A stretch of 63,306 nt of DNA, filler included, from Circinaria calcarea (taxonomy: Eukaryota): assembly GCA_051942165.1 (NCBI GenBank). It is 19 parts of 19 records of this genome, joined end to end, with 100 filler letters (N's around TTAATTAATTAA, not from the genome) between each part and the next. Parts side by side here need not be neighbours in the genome. Positions count along the whole stretch, not along the records: positions 1 to 3,245 come from JAVECS010002942.1; positions 3,346 to 6,590 come from JAVECS010002943.1; positions 6,691 to 9,934 come from JAVECS010002944.1; positions 10,035 to 13,278 come from JAVECS010002945.1; 15 more parts are not named here. One strand, given 5' to 3'. The notes below the pieces were generated by a model. It saw only the letters and a program-made list of their open reading frames with translations, was not told the origin of the DNA and did no database searches. Position 1 is the first letter of the stretch; each line of letters begins with the position of its first letter. This document shows positions 1 to 11,170 of the stretch, in pieces. Made by a program: the position numbers and the translations under genes.

Positions 1-3000
1 TAAGTGCAGAATAGGGCAGACCCGATGCAGCGTTGTTGCCTATCTCGGCTACGCATGCTAAGACGTATTTGGTGGAGTCGGCGATTGGCCTATTCGTGAG
101 AGCAGGGTGTTTAAGAGGGTAAGAAACGTGGCTGCTTTCTAGATTATGAACATAGCTTCAGCCCCAAACGGACACAATGACCGCCTCCAATAGGCATAAG
201 GCCTACCTTGAAATAAGGTTATGGAAGACCTGCAATAGCCCACGAACTACCTCCGACTAGAAAGTAAGACCGGTCTTGATACCTAGACTTAAAGGTCGGT
301 ACTGCTTAGTAGGGTCACCCAGGGTCACATATCGATACCGCCAGTGGCCACTACTTTCTTCCCTCGAGTCGTCATTGAGCTAGCGTAGCCTATGAGCCCT
401 CACGACTCTCAATAGAGACCATCCACCACATTGCTCACATACTGGTTATAGATTTCTCAGTGACACGTCCCTAATGCCGTATAATTGGCTGTCGTCCGGC
501 GGAGTAGCGAGCCCTTTGGATAAGAGATTATGCAATGCAAATACCAGGATTCTTTCTACCGTGGAAGCTACGGATCATTGAGGGATAGCCCTGATTGGGT
601 GCCGGCGTTCAAGATGACGGGTGTGCTGAGCCTCTCAGCTCGAAGGATCTTAAGTGATTACTACCGCCAATGTAGATCCTAGTTATACTTGATAGGCCAG
701 GTACGGAGCTTCGGGCTTCAATGTTCAAGTGTCCGAGCATCTGGATGACCAGACCCGGCGGCATTGTCAAGACACGCAGCATAACGTACTGAGCCCTCTA
801 TGGCATCTGTATGCACCACACCGCGAGGTTCATTATGGTTTACAATACTTATACAGCACTGGTTATACGTAATCCGAGCACGACTGAGCTTTGTTGATGG
901 ATTATGTATGCTAACGATGCTGAACCATTGCTGGCGGCGTTTATGTCTAAGGCAGATGACAATCCAAGAAGTCTCCCCCCATCGATTAAAGTACCACAGA
1001 TAACCTTTCCCCAAGATAGTCATATATACCAAGACCACGTAACAGCTTTCCATCAGATCTTCTCTTCATAGCATGCGTCCGTCGCCAATCCTTACTTGAC
1101 AGGTGTACTGGTGCCCTGAATTTTACATCAGCCACATCCTTTCATCGCATGTTCTCATGGGCTTTACAGGCTTCACTGTCCCGCTGCCCTTCACGGTTCC
1201 AACTGGTCGAGCCAGGTGCCATCGTGCTACCCCAGCGCGAACCTCAATCCCGGCGCTTTCGGCGAAGGTTTCTCGACGCATCTGTGTTCCTGAGTAGCTG
1301 GCTGTTGTTAGAGTGGGCAACTGCCAACAGTTTTCCAGAAACTTACTCTATCGTTTCCATCTAATTTGGCAACTCCTATTGTTGCTGGATTAGGGAAATA
1401 CAAGTTCGTGGTGAGTTGAGATGTTTTGGTAGAGAACATCATCCCCCGGGGCGGGTACCAAAATCGCCCCTAACTCGTATGCGACAGCACTTGGCATCGT
1501 CACGGCTCAATGTCGAATTTGGGTACCGGGTCAAGTTACCTGCGAACTTCCAATTGAGATACTTCTCCCACACCAGGGAAACCAGAGACCTGCGTAGGGG
1601 CTCGACCGTGAAGATATCGTACATCATGCTTCTTTCAGTCTGCAACATCATCCCATCCAGTCAGAGAGCATTCAGCGAACTTGCATGCCGAGCATCAATT
1701 CAGATGCGCCAGAGCCTCCACCGCTAAACCAGCTTAGCGGATCGGATAGGGAAATAAAATTAAGCGAGTGAGCAGTCATCCCGCGTGATCAGGAGGGCCA
1801 GTCACCCCGCTTAATCGGGAGGATAAATTGTTCCTAATCCTTCCTATGCCACTCCTCAGTATTCTCTCCAAGGTGACCAGCTTTCGAATGATACCATGTA
1901 AGTCGATAACCCTGGTGATAGCATTATTCGAACAGCCAACATCAGCCATAGGGAACCAGAGAATAAGCTCGCGAATTCTACTGTATCTTCTCGCGAAGAT
2001 GGAAAATGAAGGCAACCGGTGGCACGAAAGCGATGGCCTTCGACACGGTCCAAAGCTGAAATTCAAGGCAAGGTTCGAAAGGCCAGATAGTGTACCGAGT
2101 TCACGCAAGAGATAGGGACGTCGCTAGAGTTGTCTTGTGGGCTAGAATGCAGCCATTTACTTTTTGAAGATGGGGATGACGGAAGGTAGGCTGCTGGTGA
2201 TAAGGTAGAGAGCCCAGACGCCTGAGGGTAACAAAGTGAGTAAGCAACTTGTCTGGAGCAAAACATCCCAAACTTACAAATACCCTCACCAGGTCTGATC
2301 CTTTCGCTCGGCGGAACTCCTCGGAAATGGGAACGAAATTTTCCATTTCAGCATCCTCACACATCGTCATGGCCTTCAATCTGTTGTGTATGAAGAGGGG
2401 ACGCACCCTGCCTAAAGAGGGTGAACCTTGTATAGCTGAGGAAGTGCAGCGGCCTAAGGGTCGTCGATCGCTGTCCTCTGCGTCCCTAAGTTTGTGCTCT
2501 GGCTAAAGCAAAGACAGGTAACTAGAAGTGCTTAGAAGATATTGCGAGTTTAGGCTTGGAATAACACCGTACGCTCGAGGTTCTAAGTTATTCCCAGGAT
2601 TTTGTCTCGGTATGGATATCCTACCGGATCCTATGATTGCTCCAAACTCGGTCGGAATCTTGGTAGCAACACATGCTAAAGATGAAGCTAGTCGCCGGCA
2701 GAGACTTTGGAATTTCGCGTTTTCGATATACATTCGATCTGGACGAAAGAGAGTCTCACAATGTTGGTCCGACCGAAGATTGTGTCAGATTCGTGGTACC
2801 AGCCCAGGAAGAGGCTGTTATGTCGCCGTTTAGGCTGGCATGTAACCCAATAATAGAAGTCTCGATATCCATAAGAAATTGCCGTCGGTCGCAGTAATGA
2901 CTATTGCACTCCATACCAAATCGTTACTGTTAGGCATACGGAGTCCCAGCGGAGTATATCAGCTTTGAGCAGTCAAATACGACTACACCGGTAATCTGCG

Positions 3001-3245
3001 GCAGGGCGCAAATGGGGATAACTGCAGGATTTAGTGTGACGCCAAGCTGACTTTGGGGCGCAGATGGGGATAAGCGACCAAAAGCAGATTTCCCGACTAT
3101 TCATACTACAGAGTACGGAGTACCGTGTCAATCATAACAACCACTAACGCGAACTTTCGACCACTTCTACGGAGTACAGCAGGCTCAAACCACGCTTGAA
3201 ACTTCTCAAAAAATGTAGGTATACTCCAGATTATGTGCCTATAAC

Positions 3246-3345
3246 NNNNNNNNNNNNNNNNNNNNNNNNNNNNNNNNNNNNNNNNNNNNTTAATTAATTA
3301 ANNNNNNNNNNNNNNNNNNNNNNNNNNNNNNNNNNNNNNNNNNNN
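3246..3345. other. Artificial 100-bp contig-joining spacer (first of 18)
   Basis: 44 N + TTAATTAATTAA (stops in all six frames) + 44 N. Identical copies start at 6591, 9935, 13279, 16623, 19966, 23308, 26647, 29985, 33322, 36658, 39994, 43330, 46663, 49995, 53324, 56652 and 59980. Intervening contig lengths fall from 3245 to 3227 bp. Confidence 0.99.
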
Positions 3346-4107
3346 ATCAAGCAAGTCCTAGCGACGGGCACTTCCATTGTTGGATCTGGAAAGCTGATTG
3401 ACCCTTCCAACCTCGCTCGTGTTTTCATCAGTCCTAGGCAAAGGGCCCAGACTACCTTCAATCTCCTCGTACCGGATAACGTACGCGAGTATCTAGCGAG
3501 CGAGAGCAGGGTTGTTACTTCGGACGATATCGCAGAATGGGACTATGGTAACTACGAAGGGTTGCTGACGAAAGAGATCAGAGAGAGGAGGAAAGAGCAT
3601 GGTCTGGATGCTGAGCGGCCGTGGGATATCTGGAGGGATGGTTGCGAAGGAGGAGAGTATGACTTGAGTACATGACCCTACGCTTATCATCGATAACACC
3701 GTGAAGATTGCCGGGTCAAGTCACATCTCGTCTGGACCGTCTCATCGGAACGATTCGCGAGATCCAAGCGCCCTATATGCATAACGAGAAACCGGCCGAT
3801 GTACTTTTAGTAAGTAGGAGATTGCGTCCGCATCCCAAAGGGACCGATTCTCTAATAACGCATCATCAATAGGTTGCCCATGGACATGTTCTACGAGCTT
3901 TCACCAAACGTTGGCTGAATTATCCGATGGAATTCCCACTATCGATGATGATAGAGCCTGGGGGGATTGGTATCTTGAGGTTTCGCACCCGTTCGATGCC
4001 TATGCGCAGTTGGCTGACATCATCTTAGCTATCAACATCATCGCATTGACGAGCCGGCCTTCTTGCTTGGTATGGCCTTTCCTCTCAACGAGAAATCAGG
4101 ATCCTAG
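3346..4107 (+). CDS. SHB17: Histidine phosphatase / phosphoglycerate mutase family, sedoheptulose-1,7-bisphosphatase-like (5'-truncated, 3 introns)
   Basis: Manual spliced translation: VFISPRQRAQTTFNLL...IAEWDYGNYEGLLTKEIR...WDIWRDGCEGGE...RLDRLI...DVLL|VAHGHVLRAFTKRWL...YQHHRIDEPAFLLG; stop TAG at 4105-4107. Confidence 0.85.
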
Positions 4108-4800
4108 TGCTAGGGTGGAGAACTCGGACTTCAGGGGTTGGCTATGTTGGTATTGTGTTTAATAAAGGGTGCTAGTTTTCAGCAAACGGGAACACAATAT
4201 ACGTTCGTAGATCCCCAAGTTAGAGATACAAGCTCCCTCCCTTCAACCACTATAGGAGATGAGCAAATAAGCAATGACACGGACTGTCTATCGAAGATTC
4301 GATGTCTCCTCTGGGGTTCAGCCTCCCACAGCAACATAGGTAGATGACTAAATAGTTCAATCCGAAGTAAGTGTTTAACAATCCGACAATTGAGTGGGCA
4401 GCTGAAACGATTCAAGTACCTACTATGTACTTATTAGATAGTGTCCAGAAAGTTAACCGGAGATACCTTACCTCCGGGATCGTGCAGGGGCAGGGCTGAT
4501 TAGATAACTAAGCGATTGCCATGGAGGATTTGCCCTACCATATCAACCGTGACGTCGATGCCGTTGGTCATGGTGGAGGCGGGCGAACAAAAACTGTTTC
4601 ACCCTGCTGAAAATGTTCGCGTATCGGTAAACCCCGAATATGACGAGATGCTATACCAGTTCCCAACGGCTACCCTATACAGAAGGCTAGACACCGCTTC
4701 CACCAAACCCAACATCCATCACTCAATCTGCCCACATACTCAAATCTGAGCTTTCACAACAACCTCTTCTTCCAACAAGATATCCACTGAAGCGCTCGAG

Positions 4801-5854
4801 ATGGCGTCTACCTCCCAGCTGAAAGCAGAGAAACTCTTCTCCCTCAAGGACTTTGTGTGCGTTGTCACCGGCGGAGGAACAGGCATTGGTTTGATGTGCA
4901 CTCAAGCTCTTGCGGCCAATGGTACTATGCTACTCTTTTAGATGTCAGTCGGATCATGGCTAACTAGATGTTGTAGGCGCAAAGGTTTATATAACTAGCC
5001 GACGTGTGGAGGCTCTTGAGAATGCGGCAAACTCTCATAGCCCGGAAGGTGAAGGGCAGATTATCCCGTGGGTCTACCGTCTTGTCGTGAGGCATTGGAG
5101 CGGAGGGCTGACATATAACAGAATTGGGCCTTGCGATGTGACTTCCAAGAAAGACCTCGAAAAGCTCGTTCAGGAGATCTCGAAGAAGGAAAAGTACATC
5201 AACGTACTAGGTTAGTCGACATGATTCAAACCCGCCCGTGATTATTCCCTCTGTTTAACACCTTCACTCCAAGTCACGGCATCCGGAATCTCCGGACCCA
5301 AAGCAGAACCTGACTCCTCCCACGCCACCGAACTCAAAGAAAAGCTCTGGAACAACGAGGAATTCTCCCAGTGGGCCGAAACCTACAACACCAACGTTAC
5401 AGCCGTCTACTTCACCACCGTTGCCTTCCTGCCCCTCCTCCAAGCCGGCGTCGAGTCCCACGGCCACCGCTCAGCCTCCGTCATCGTTATATCCTCGATG
5501 AGCGGCATCATGCGCCACGCTCAAGGACATTTCGGCTACAACACATCCAAGGGTGCCACGGTGCAGCTCACCAAGTTGATGAGCAGTGAGTTTGAGAAGA
5601 CGCAGATTCGGGTCAACTCAATCGCACCCGGATACTTTCCCAGCGAGATGACGGCAAAGGTGGATAGCGATGAGAATCAAAAGAGTAATATGCCCGCCGA
5701 GAAGATCCAGGAGAAGGGGCATGTGCCGGCGGCCAGGGCGGGCAGCGACGAAGAGATGGCGCAGGCGGTCCTTTTCTTAGCCAAAAACGCCTATGTCAGC
5801 GGTGAAATTATTGCCGTGGACGGAGGAGTGCTGAATACGGTGGCTGGGAGGTGA
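4801..5854 (+). CDS. Short-chain dehydrogenase/reductase (classical SDR), 3 introns
   Basis: ATG at 4801. VVTGGGTGIG Rossmann motif, catalytic YNTSK, IRVNSIAPGYFPS and IAVDGG. Confidence 0.92.
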
Positions 5855-6842
5855 ATGGAGCCGTTGGATTGGACCTTTTCCAAAGGAATAGCGTATACTC
5901 CTGGTCATGAAGATGATGTACAGATTTACAATCCGCTGCTTTAGGATGGTCGTCGCCCCCTTTTTACCGAGTCGTCATCAAACAGGGCAGGTGGGTAGAA
6001 ATCGTGTTTGAAAGCAACACGATACAAGGGGCGGAAGACCGCTTCATATCAGAAAATACGTTTCGTGAAGGGTTCCAAAGTCCATTTCGAAAAGACTCGA
6101 CCCCCTAAAGATCAAAGTAACAGAGTACCAAAGACAACCCCGGATGATAGATGAAACCAATTAATTCCCCCCCCCTCATTCGGGCAACAGCGACAACCTG
6201 AAATTCCGACACCCGACGACAACGACTTGACCGTAGTATATTCTATTCCGCTGGACGCCCCGGATTATTCTCTAGTTACCTTTATCCAACTAGTTCCTAG
6301 CTCCTACCTTCTCCATCTCCTCGTCACCTCAACTATTCGCATACAACCAATGGGTTCCCCCCGAGTACCCAAAAAAAACATATTTCTATCCCTCCTTCCC
6401 TCCCTTCCCTTCTTCACCGATATCAGGGAACCCTCTCCCCCCTTCCGGTACTTTCCGGTACTTTCTTTCCCTCCCGTCCTTCTCATTCCTCTAAACTAAA
6501 CTCAACTCAACTCAACTCAACTCGTTCCTGCAGATCTTCCTTTTCCTTCCCCCCCCCTCCTTCTCTTTCTGTTTCTCTTTTTCTTTCTCCNNNNNNNNNN
6601 NNNNNNNNNNNNNNNNNNNNNNNNNNNNNNNNNNTTAATTAATTAANNNNNNNNNNNNNNNNNNNNNNNNNNNNNNNNNNNNNNNNNNNNGGAAAGAAGG
6701 GAAAAAAACACATTTTGGTTATTAAAGGGTGTGGTTGGGTTGGGTGGGATATGAGAAGAGATACAGATGAGATGGGATATGTATATATTCCGAGGGGGGG
6801 GGGGAGGAAAAATACAAGGAGCGTGAAGCGTGAGGCTATAAG

Positions 6843-7058
6843 TATAAGGGCTCTACCCGAGAACCCCCTACGAACCCTACGGGGGAACTATACCCCGAGG
6901 TCACGAGGTGTTAGCTTAACGAGAGAGGTTTTCCTCGCGAAACGTTATATAAAAACTTTTTAATAATAATTTATATGCTGATACGAACCAATTGAGCTCA
7001 TTTTCACACAATTCACTGACCCTTATTATAAAATTATTATATTATTCGTAAAGAATTC
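6843..7058. mobile_element. Degenerate solo LTR, same family as 10977-11170, interrupted at its 3' end
   Basis: Collinear similarity with 10977-11170: TATAAGGGC, GAGAACC, CCTACGAACCCTAC, CCGAGGTCACGAGGT, TCACACAATT, ACCCTTA and TTATATTATTCGTAAAG. Confidence 0.75.
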
Positions 7059-7297
7059 TGTTATGGCGCCAGCTCCATAGCATGCACTAAGGACTAATGG
7101 GGCAAGGTCTCGGGGCCATAGGGACCGAACTCCGGGGTTGCTCACGATAATGACCTGTGTAATTAAAGGAAGTATGAGAAGCTCGGACGTTGCCTACTAT
7201 AATCAGATGCGGAACAACGGGAGCATAGGGAGCAACCATAATATATATATAAACTATTCGGCGCTCATTAGAATAGCATGTTTATAGAACCATAACG
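7059..7297. mobile_element. Second, nested solo-LTR-like element
   Basis: Ends TGTTATGG...CCATAACG (7/8 inverted match). Flanks AATTC (7054-7058) and AGTTC (7298-7302) look like a 5-bp TSD with one transition. TATA-rich tract near the 3' end. Confidence 0.55.
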
Positions 7298-7574
7298 AGT
7301 TCAATATATTCTTTTATGTATTAAGTCTAGGGCAACAATTCAACTACACCCTATGTAACCGTGCTATTACCAATCGGGACTTATCATATTCCTCAATAAG
7401 CCCCAAGGATTGCAGCGCCCTTACAGGTAAGCCTTATGCTTTCCAATATGTAACGTATCACCAAATAGTTATAGCCGGAGTGTAGGGAGCAAGAACCTAA
7501 TGCTTCTTGTACGTACGTTGATATTGGTTTAATTATCCCTTTTATCTTTTCAAAATCCCGTTGTATCGACCCAA

Positions 7575-9773
7575 TCAGCCCAATACAACATGAATATTCT
7601 CTCGAACTTGTTTCTCCCACATGGGTTTGTAAACTGTTCCAATGGCTTTGCGATAGGCGATCCCATTCTCCCACTCGATCCACATTACGTAGTAGAATCT
7701 GTAGTATTCGGAGTCACACGGTCGCTCAGGCATTTCCCACTCTTCCAGGATGTGACCGTAATCGCCGCTATTCGCAGCCGAAGCAAGGGACAAAGCTATC
7801 AGCTCACAGGGTTGCCCCTTGATTGATGGATCATATCGAGGTATGTTGAAACGTATAATGCCTGCCCAGTTTTCCTCCTCGTCGACCAGACATGCCGGCA
7901 AAGTTGTCCAGTCATCATGGATATTCGATACTTCTTGACCCACAAAGAGCCTGGCTCGCTGAGTCTCGAAGTGGAGATACCGACCTTGGTCGTTTTGTAA
8001 AGGATTGACGTCTTTATTTGCTAAAGGTACGAGGTAACGGAAGCGTACTGACGGTACTGTATCATGCGTGTAGTATGCAGTGCCGTCAGGATACAAGTCT
8101 CGAGCCCAACCGTTTGGTAATTCCTCCGGTTGTTTATTAGCGTAGGTGAGCTGTGAAAAGTGGTAGGTGTTCTTAACGGGTAAAAGAGTCGAGGTTGGAT
8201 TGCTTGACTTATACCATTGCACCACTGGTTGGATTTCCACCGTCTGATCGTCAGATGCAGGATCGTTGTCATATATAAGCGGAGCACCCAATAAAACGAT
8301 CTCACCTTCCCAACCAACCCAAGACCAACTGGGTAAGGCATTATCTGAAAGTAAATGGCTGTGTGCTCCTCTCCGTCGAAGAACTTTCTGAGGTGCCCAT
8401 ATTATGCAATGATCAAAGAACATTTCTGGTATTCCCCAAAGGATCCCACCATTGAATCGACAATTGAAGACTGAAGTAACCCCTAAGAAAGCATCGATCA
8501 CGTCCTTATCATATGTCAGCTTCCGCTTATTGAATTCCTCTACCATTTCCTGCCATTCACTTAAGTCTGGCCAAGTAGGATTAGAGGCTGCAAGATAAAG
8601 CTTATGAGGAAGCGGTTTATGTGTAACTGCGTACATCACGTCTTCTGTAGGGCTGTTCACGTGTTCTTGCCAGAGCACTGTTCGGCAGTACCACGACACC
8701 AACCCATTGATAATCAGGATCCGTCGAGAGAAAAGCGCTTCCTGGAAGGTCCAGGCTCTTGCTTCCCAGGTGCTGTCCGCTGGATACCAGGCTCGAGGGT
8801 GATGGAGGGTCATGTTTATTCCGCACGGGAACTGGACAATATCGCACCTGACTTTCCGGTCCTGAGTACCTCCCCCTATGCCGCGCAAGCCATAATTCGC
8901 ATCATGCCCATTAGCAGCCACAATTGTGAAGTATGCGTTGGAATAGATCGAGGCCATGGAGTTGAGGTGAAGTTGCTTTGTATCCAATTCGTCCTGAACG
9001 ATACAGAGACTGTCCACCCATAGATACCTCTCACCCAGTAGCGAAACGAGTTGCAGGGCATCTCGGATAGTATCTGCTATCTTGAGACTGCCAATATCGG
9101 CGGTGATGCTTCTCGGTTTCTTGAGATGCGCAAGACTACTTTTAGTCGTCTGCACAATCGCTGCACCGCCCCATACGTAACTTAGAGCAATATATCTGGT
9201 TTCTGCCTTTATAGGAACCAAGCAGCCCTCTTCCACATCAATAAGATAGATTTGATGCGAGGGAAATGGTAATTCAGATCTCATACAACTGTCACCGTGG
9301 GATACATGACAGCAGTTGATCCATTGACGCATTAGGTCGATATTGACTTGCTGAGCATCAAATATTCTCCCCACTTCATAACCCACTATGGGATCTTCCA
9401 TGGGCCATAGTTGGAGATAATCTTGTCCCATCCCAAACTCTGACAGAATGTAAAGTCCCTGCTGTTGCCTGGATTCAAATATTAGGACGGTGTTTGCTGA
9501 AAGTCGATTGCCGTCTTGGACCAATTTACACGCGATAGCTTGACATGAAGTACATTGCCTCCTACTCTGCAGGTCTTCCAGTACCCCAAGTTTGATCACT
9601 TTATATGGTTCCAACTCGCTTACATGTCGCCGTATGCTGTAACTCGGATTGGCTTTAATGTCTTGAAAATGATCTTGAATCTCACGAGCAATGGAATGGC
9701 ACGCGTCGCAAAAGCTAGCGTGCTGATTCATGCTGCGAAATAATCCGTGTATTGAATGGAGGCGAGTGGGCAT
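7575..9773 (-). CDS. Heterokaryon incompatibility (HET-domain) protein, 732 aa, intronless
   Basis: HET motifs YIALSYVWG, TIRDA...RYLWVDSLCIVQD, MASIYSNAYFTIVAA and WEARAWTFQEALFSRR, plus downstream LPSWSWVGW and GIAYRKAIG typical of this family. Confidence 0.95.
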   Translation of the reverse strand: MPTRLHSIHGLFRSMNQHASFCDACHSIAREIQDHFQDIKANPSYSIRRHVSELEPYKVIKLGVLEDLQSRRQCTSCQAIACKLVQDGNRLSANTVLIFESRQQQGLYILSEFGMGQDYLQLWPMEDPIVGYEVGRIFDAQQVNIDLMRQWINCCHVSHGDSCMRSELPFPSHQIYLIDVEEGCLVPIKAETRYIALSYVWGGAAIVQTTKSSLAHLKKPRSITADIGSLKIADTIRDALQLVSLLGERYLWVDSLCIVQDELDTKQLHLNSMASIYSNAYFTIVAANGHDANYGLRGIGGGTQDRKVRCDIVQFPCGINMTLHHPRAWYPADSTWEARAWTFQEALFSRRILIINGLVSWYCRTVLWQEHVNSPTEDVMYAVTHKPLPHKLYLAASNPTWPDLSEWQEMVEEFNKRKLTYDKDVIDAFLGVTSVFNCRFNGGILWGIPEMFFDHCIIWAPQKVLRRRGAHSHLLSDNALPSWSWVGWEGEIVLLGAPLIYDNDPASDDQTVEIQPVVQWYKSSNPTSTLLPVKNTYHFSQLTYANKQPEELPNGWARDLYPDGTAYYTHDTVPSVRFRYLVPLANKDVNPLQNDQGRYLHFETQRARLFVGQEVSNIHDDWTTLPACLVDEEENWAGIIRFNIPRYDPSIKGQPCELIALSLASAANSGDYGHILEEWEMPERPCDSEYYRFYYVMWIEWENGIAYRKAIGTVYKPMWEKQVRENIHVVLG

Positions 9774-9825
9774 GCAGATTATATAGGTTGCTTACATTCG
9801 AAGGTACGGTGGCATGAATGGACCT

Positions 9826-9900
9826 TACCAGATATCCCTAAGCGATGCCGCACCCGGCCCGATGCCGCATTTTCCCCGTATTTCAACTATTACTTTAAAA
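9826..9900. mobile_element. Dispersed repeat, probable DNA-transposon terminus (copy 1)
   Basis: TACCAGATATCCCTAAGCGATGCCGCACCCGGCCCGATGCCGCA matches 29005 onward (TACCAGAGATCCCTAAGCTATGCCGCATCCGGTTAAATGCCGCA). Has an internal ATGCCGCA direct repeat. Confidence 0.55.
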
Positions 9901-10034
9901 AATCGTTACTCCACCGATATAGCCTCTATTAATTNNNNNNNNNNNNNNNNNNNNNNNNNNNNNNNNNNNNNNNNNNNNTTAATTAATTAANNNNNNNNNN
10001 NNNNNNNNNNNNNNNNNNNNNNNNNNNNNNNNNN

Positions 10035-10442
10035 TTGGCAGTCGACTTCTTTGTTCGTGTCTATCAAAACCGGAGCAAGCTGAGCCCCGGGGCCCAAGAG
10101 ATCATGCACAACCCGCGCTTCAAGTTCTTCGTGTCCGCTATAGGGGTAGCTACCGTTGCTATCCTCATCCGATCCATCTACCGAATTCCTGAGCTGTCCG
10201 GAGGATGGGCCAACCCTATCATGCGAAACGAGCCAGACTTTATTGTGCTAGACGGCGTAATGTGTGCCATTGCCACTCTCTTCCTCACCGTCTTCCATCC
10301 TGGCTATTGCTTCAAGCCGATGCAGAATCTCAGGCCAACGATGCGAAGGAATAAGGCTTTGTCCGAAAAGCAAGCTAGGTCAACCAGCGAATCCGATGTC
10401 GAAGCTGGTAGTGTTTCATATATAGGTGCCCATAAGAGTTAG
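10035..10442 (+). CDS. RTA1/RSB1-family lipid-translocating exporter, 3' fragment
   Basis: ILIRSIYRIPELSGGW...NEPDFIVLDGVM...LTVFHPG, the RTA1 C-terminal signature. Confidence 0.88.
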   Translation: MAVDFFVRVYQNRSKLSPGAQEIMHNPRFKFFVSAIGVATVAILIRSIYRIPELSGGWANPIMRNEPDFIVLDGVMCAIATLFLTVFHPGYCFKPMQNLRPTMRRNKALSEKQARSTSESDVEAGSVSYIGAHKS

Positions 10443-10976
10443 ATCTCGGAGTCAGATCTCAAGACGAAACGAATGTGTTCTCCTTGATATGGCTAGGTTT
10501 TGGTGGTTTGCATGGCGTTCTTCCTTCCGGCGTTTCTATCAGCAGCGTACAAGGTTTTTAGAAGCGGGAATAATGTAACCCCATTTAAGGACTTCTCATC
10601 GCCTGGTGTATCCGGTTCCTGCTGTCGCTACTTCCAGAAAATCTCCGTGGAAATGTATTTGTTCCCCCACTAATCAGCTTCTTGGCTTAATAAGAGTGGG
10701 ACCTTTGTTTCCCTATCATTTAATCCGTCTGACACCTCCGGTTTACCGACTCTGTTTCGCTACGTGAAGACTGGGGCTCTACGGAGTATTCCCTCCGGTC
10801 TTCGAAGGATTGCGTTTCTCCTGTATGATGTCACTATCGAACACTGAAACCGATCTGCTTCAGCGAAACACATGAGAGTATTTACTCACATAATCAAGAA
10901 TCTACGTTTAAACAATCATTTCTAGGTCTATGTGCTTTAATGCCATTCTACATTTAGGCTTAACAGGGTCAAGTTC

Positions 10977-11170
10977 TATAAGGGCCTCTATCAGAGAACC
11001 ACCTACGAACCCTACTGGTGAATTTTATACCGAGGTCACGAGGTATTGGCTTAGCGAGGAAGGTTTCTTTAGCAATAATTCATACGCTATGCAAATCAAC
11101 TGAGCACATTATCACACAATTTACCGACCCTTAATCGCAATCGTTATATTATTCGTAAAGGATCCTTACA
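10977..11170. mobile_element. Solo LTR (194 bp) with perfect 5-bp target-site duplication
   Basis: Ends TATAAGG...CCTTACA (TGTAAGG with a TG>TA change). AGTTC at 10972-10976 and 11171-11175. Homologous copy at 6843-7058. Confidence 0.85.

Noticed and set aside
3290..3301. TTAATTAATTAA recurring every ~3.34 kb as a periodic or CRISPR-like repeat
   Set aside because: It is always centred in N runs, so it is an artificial six-frame-stop linker.
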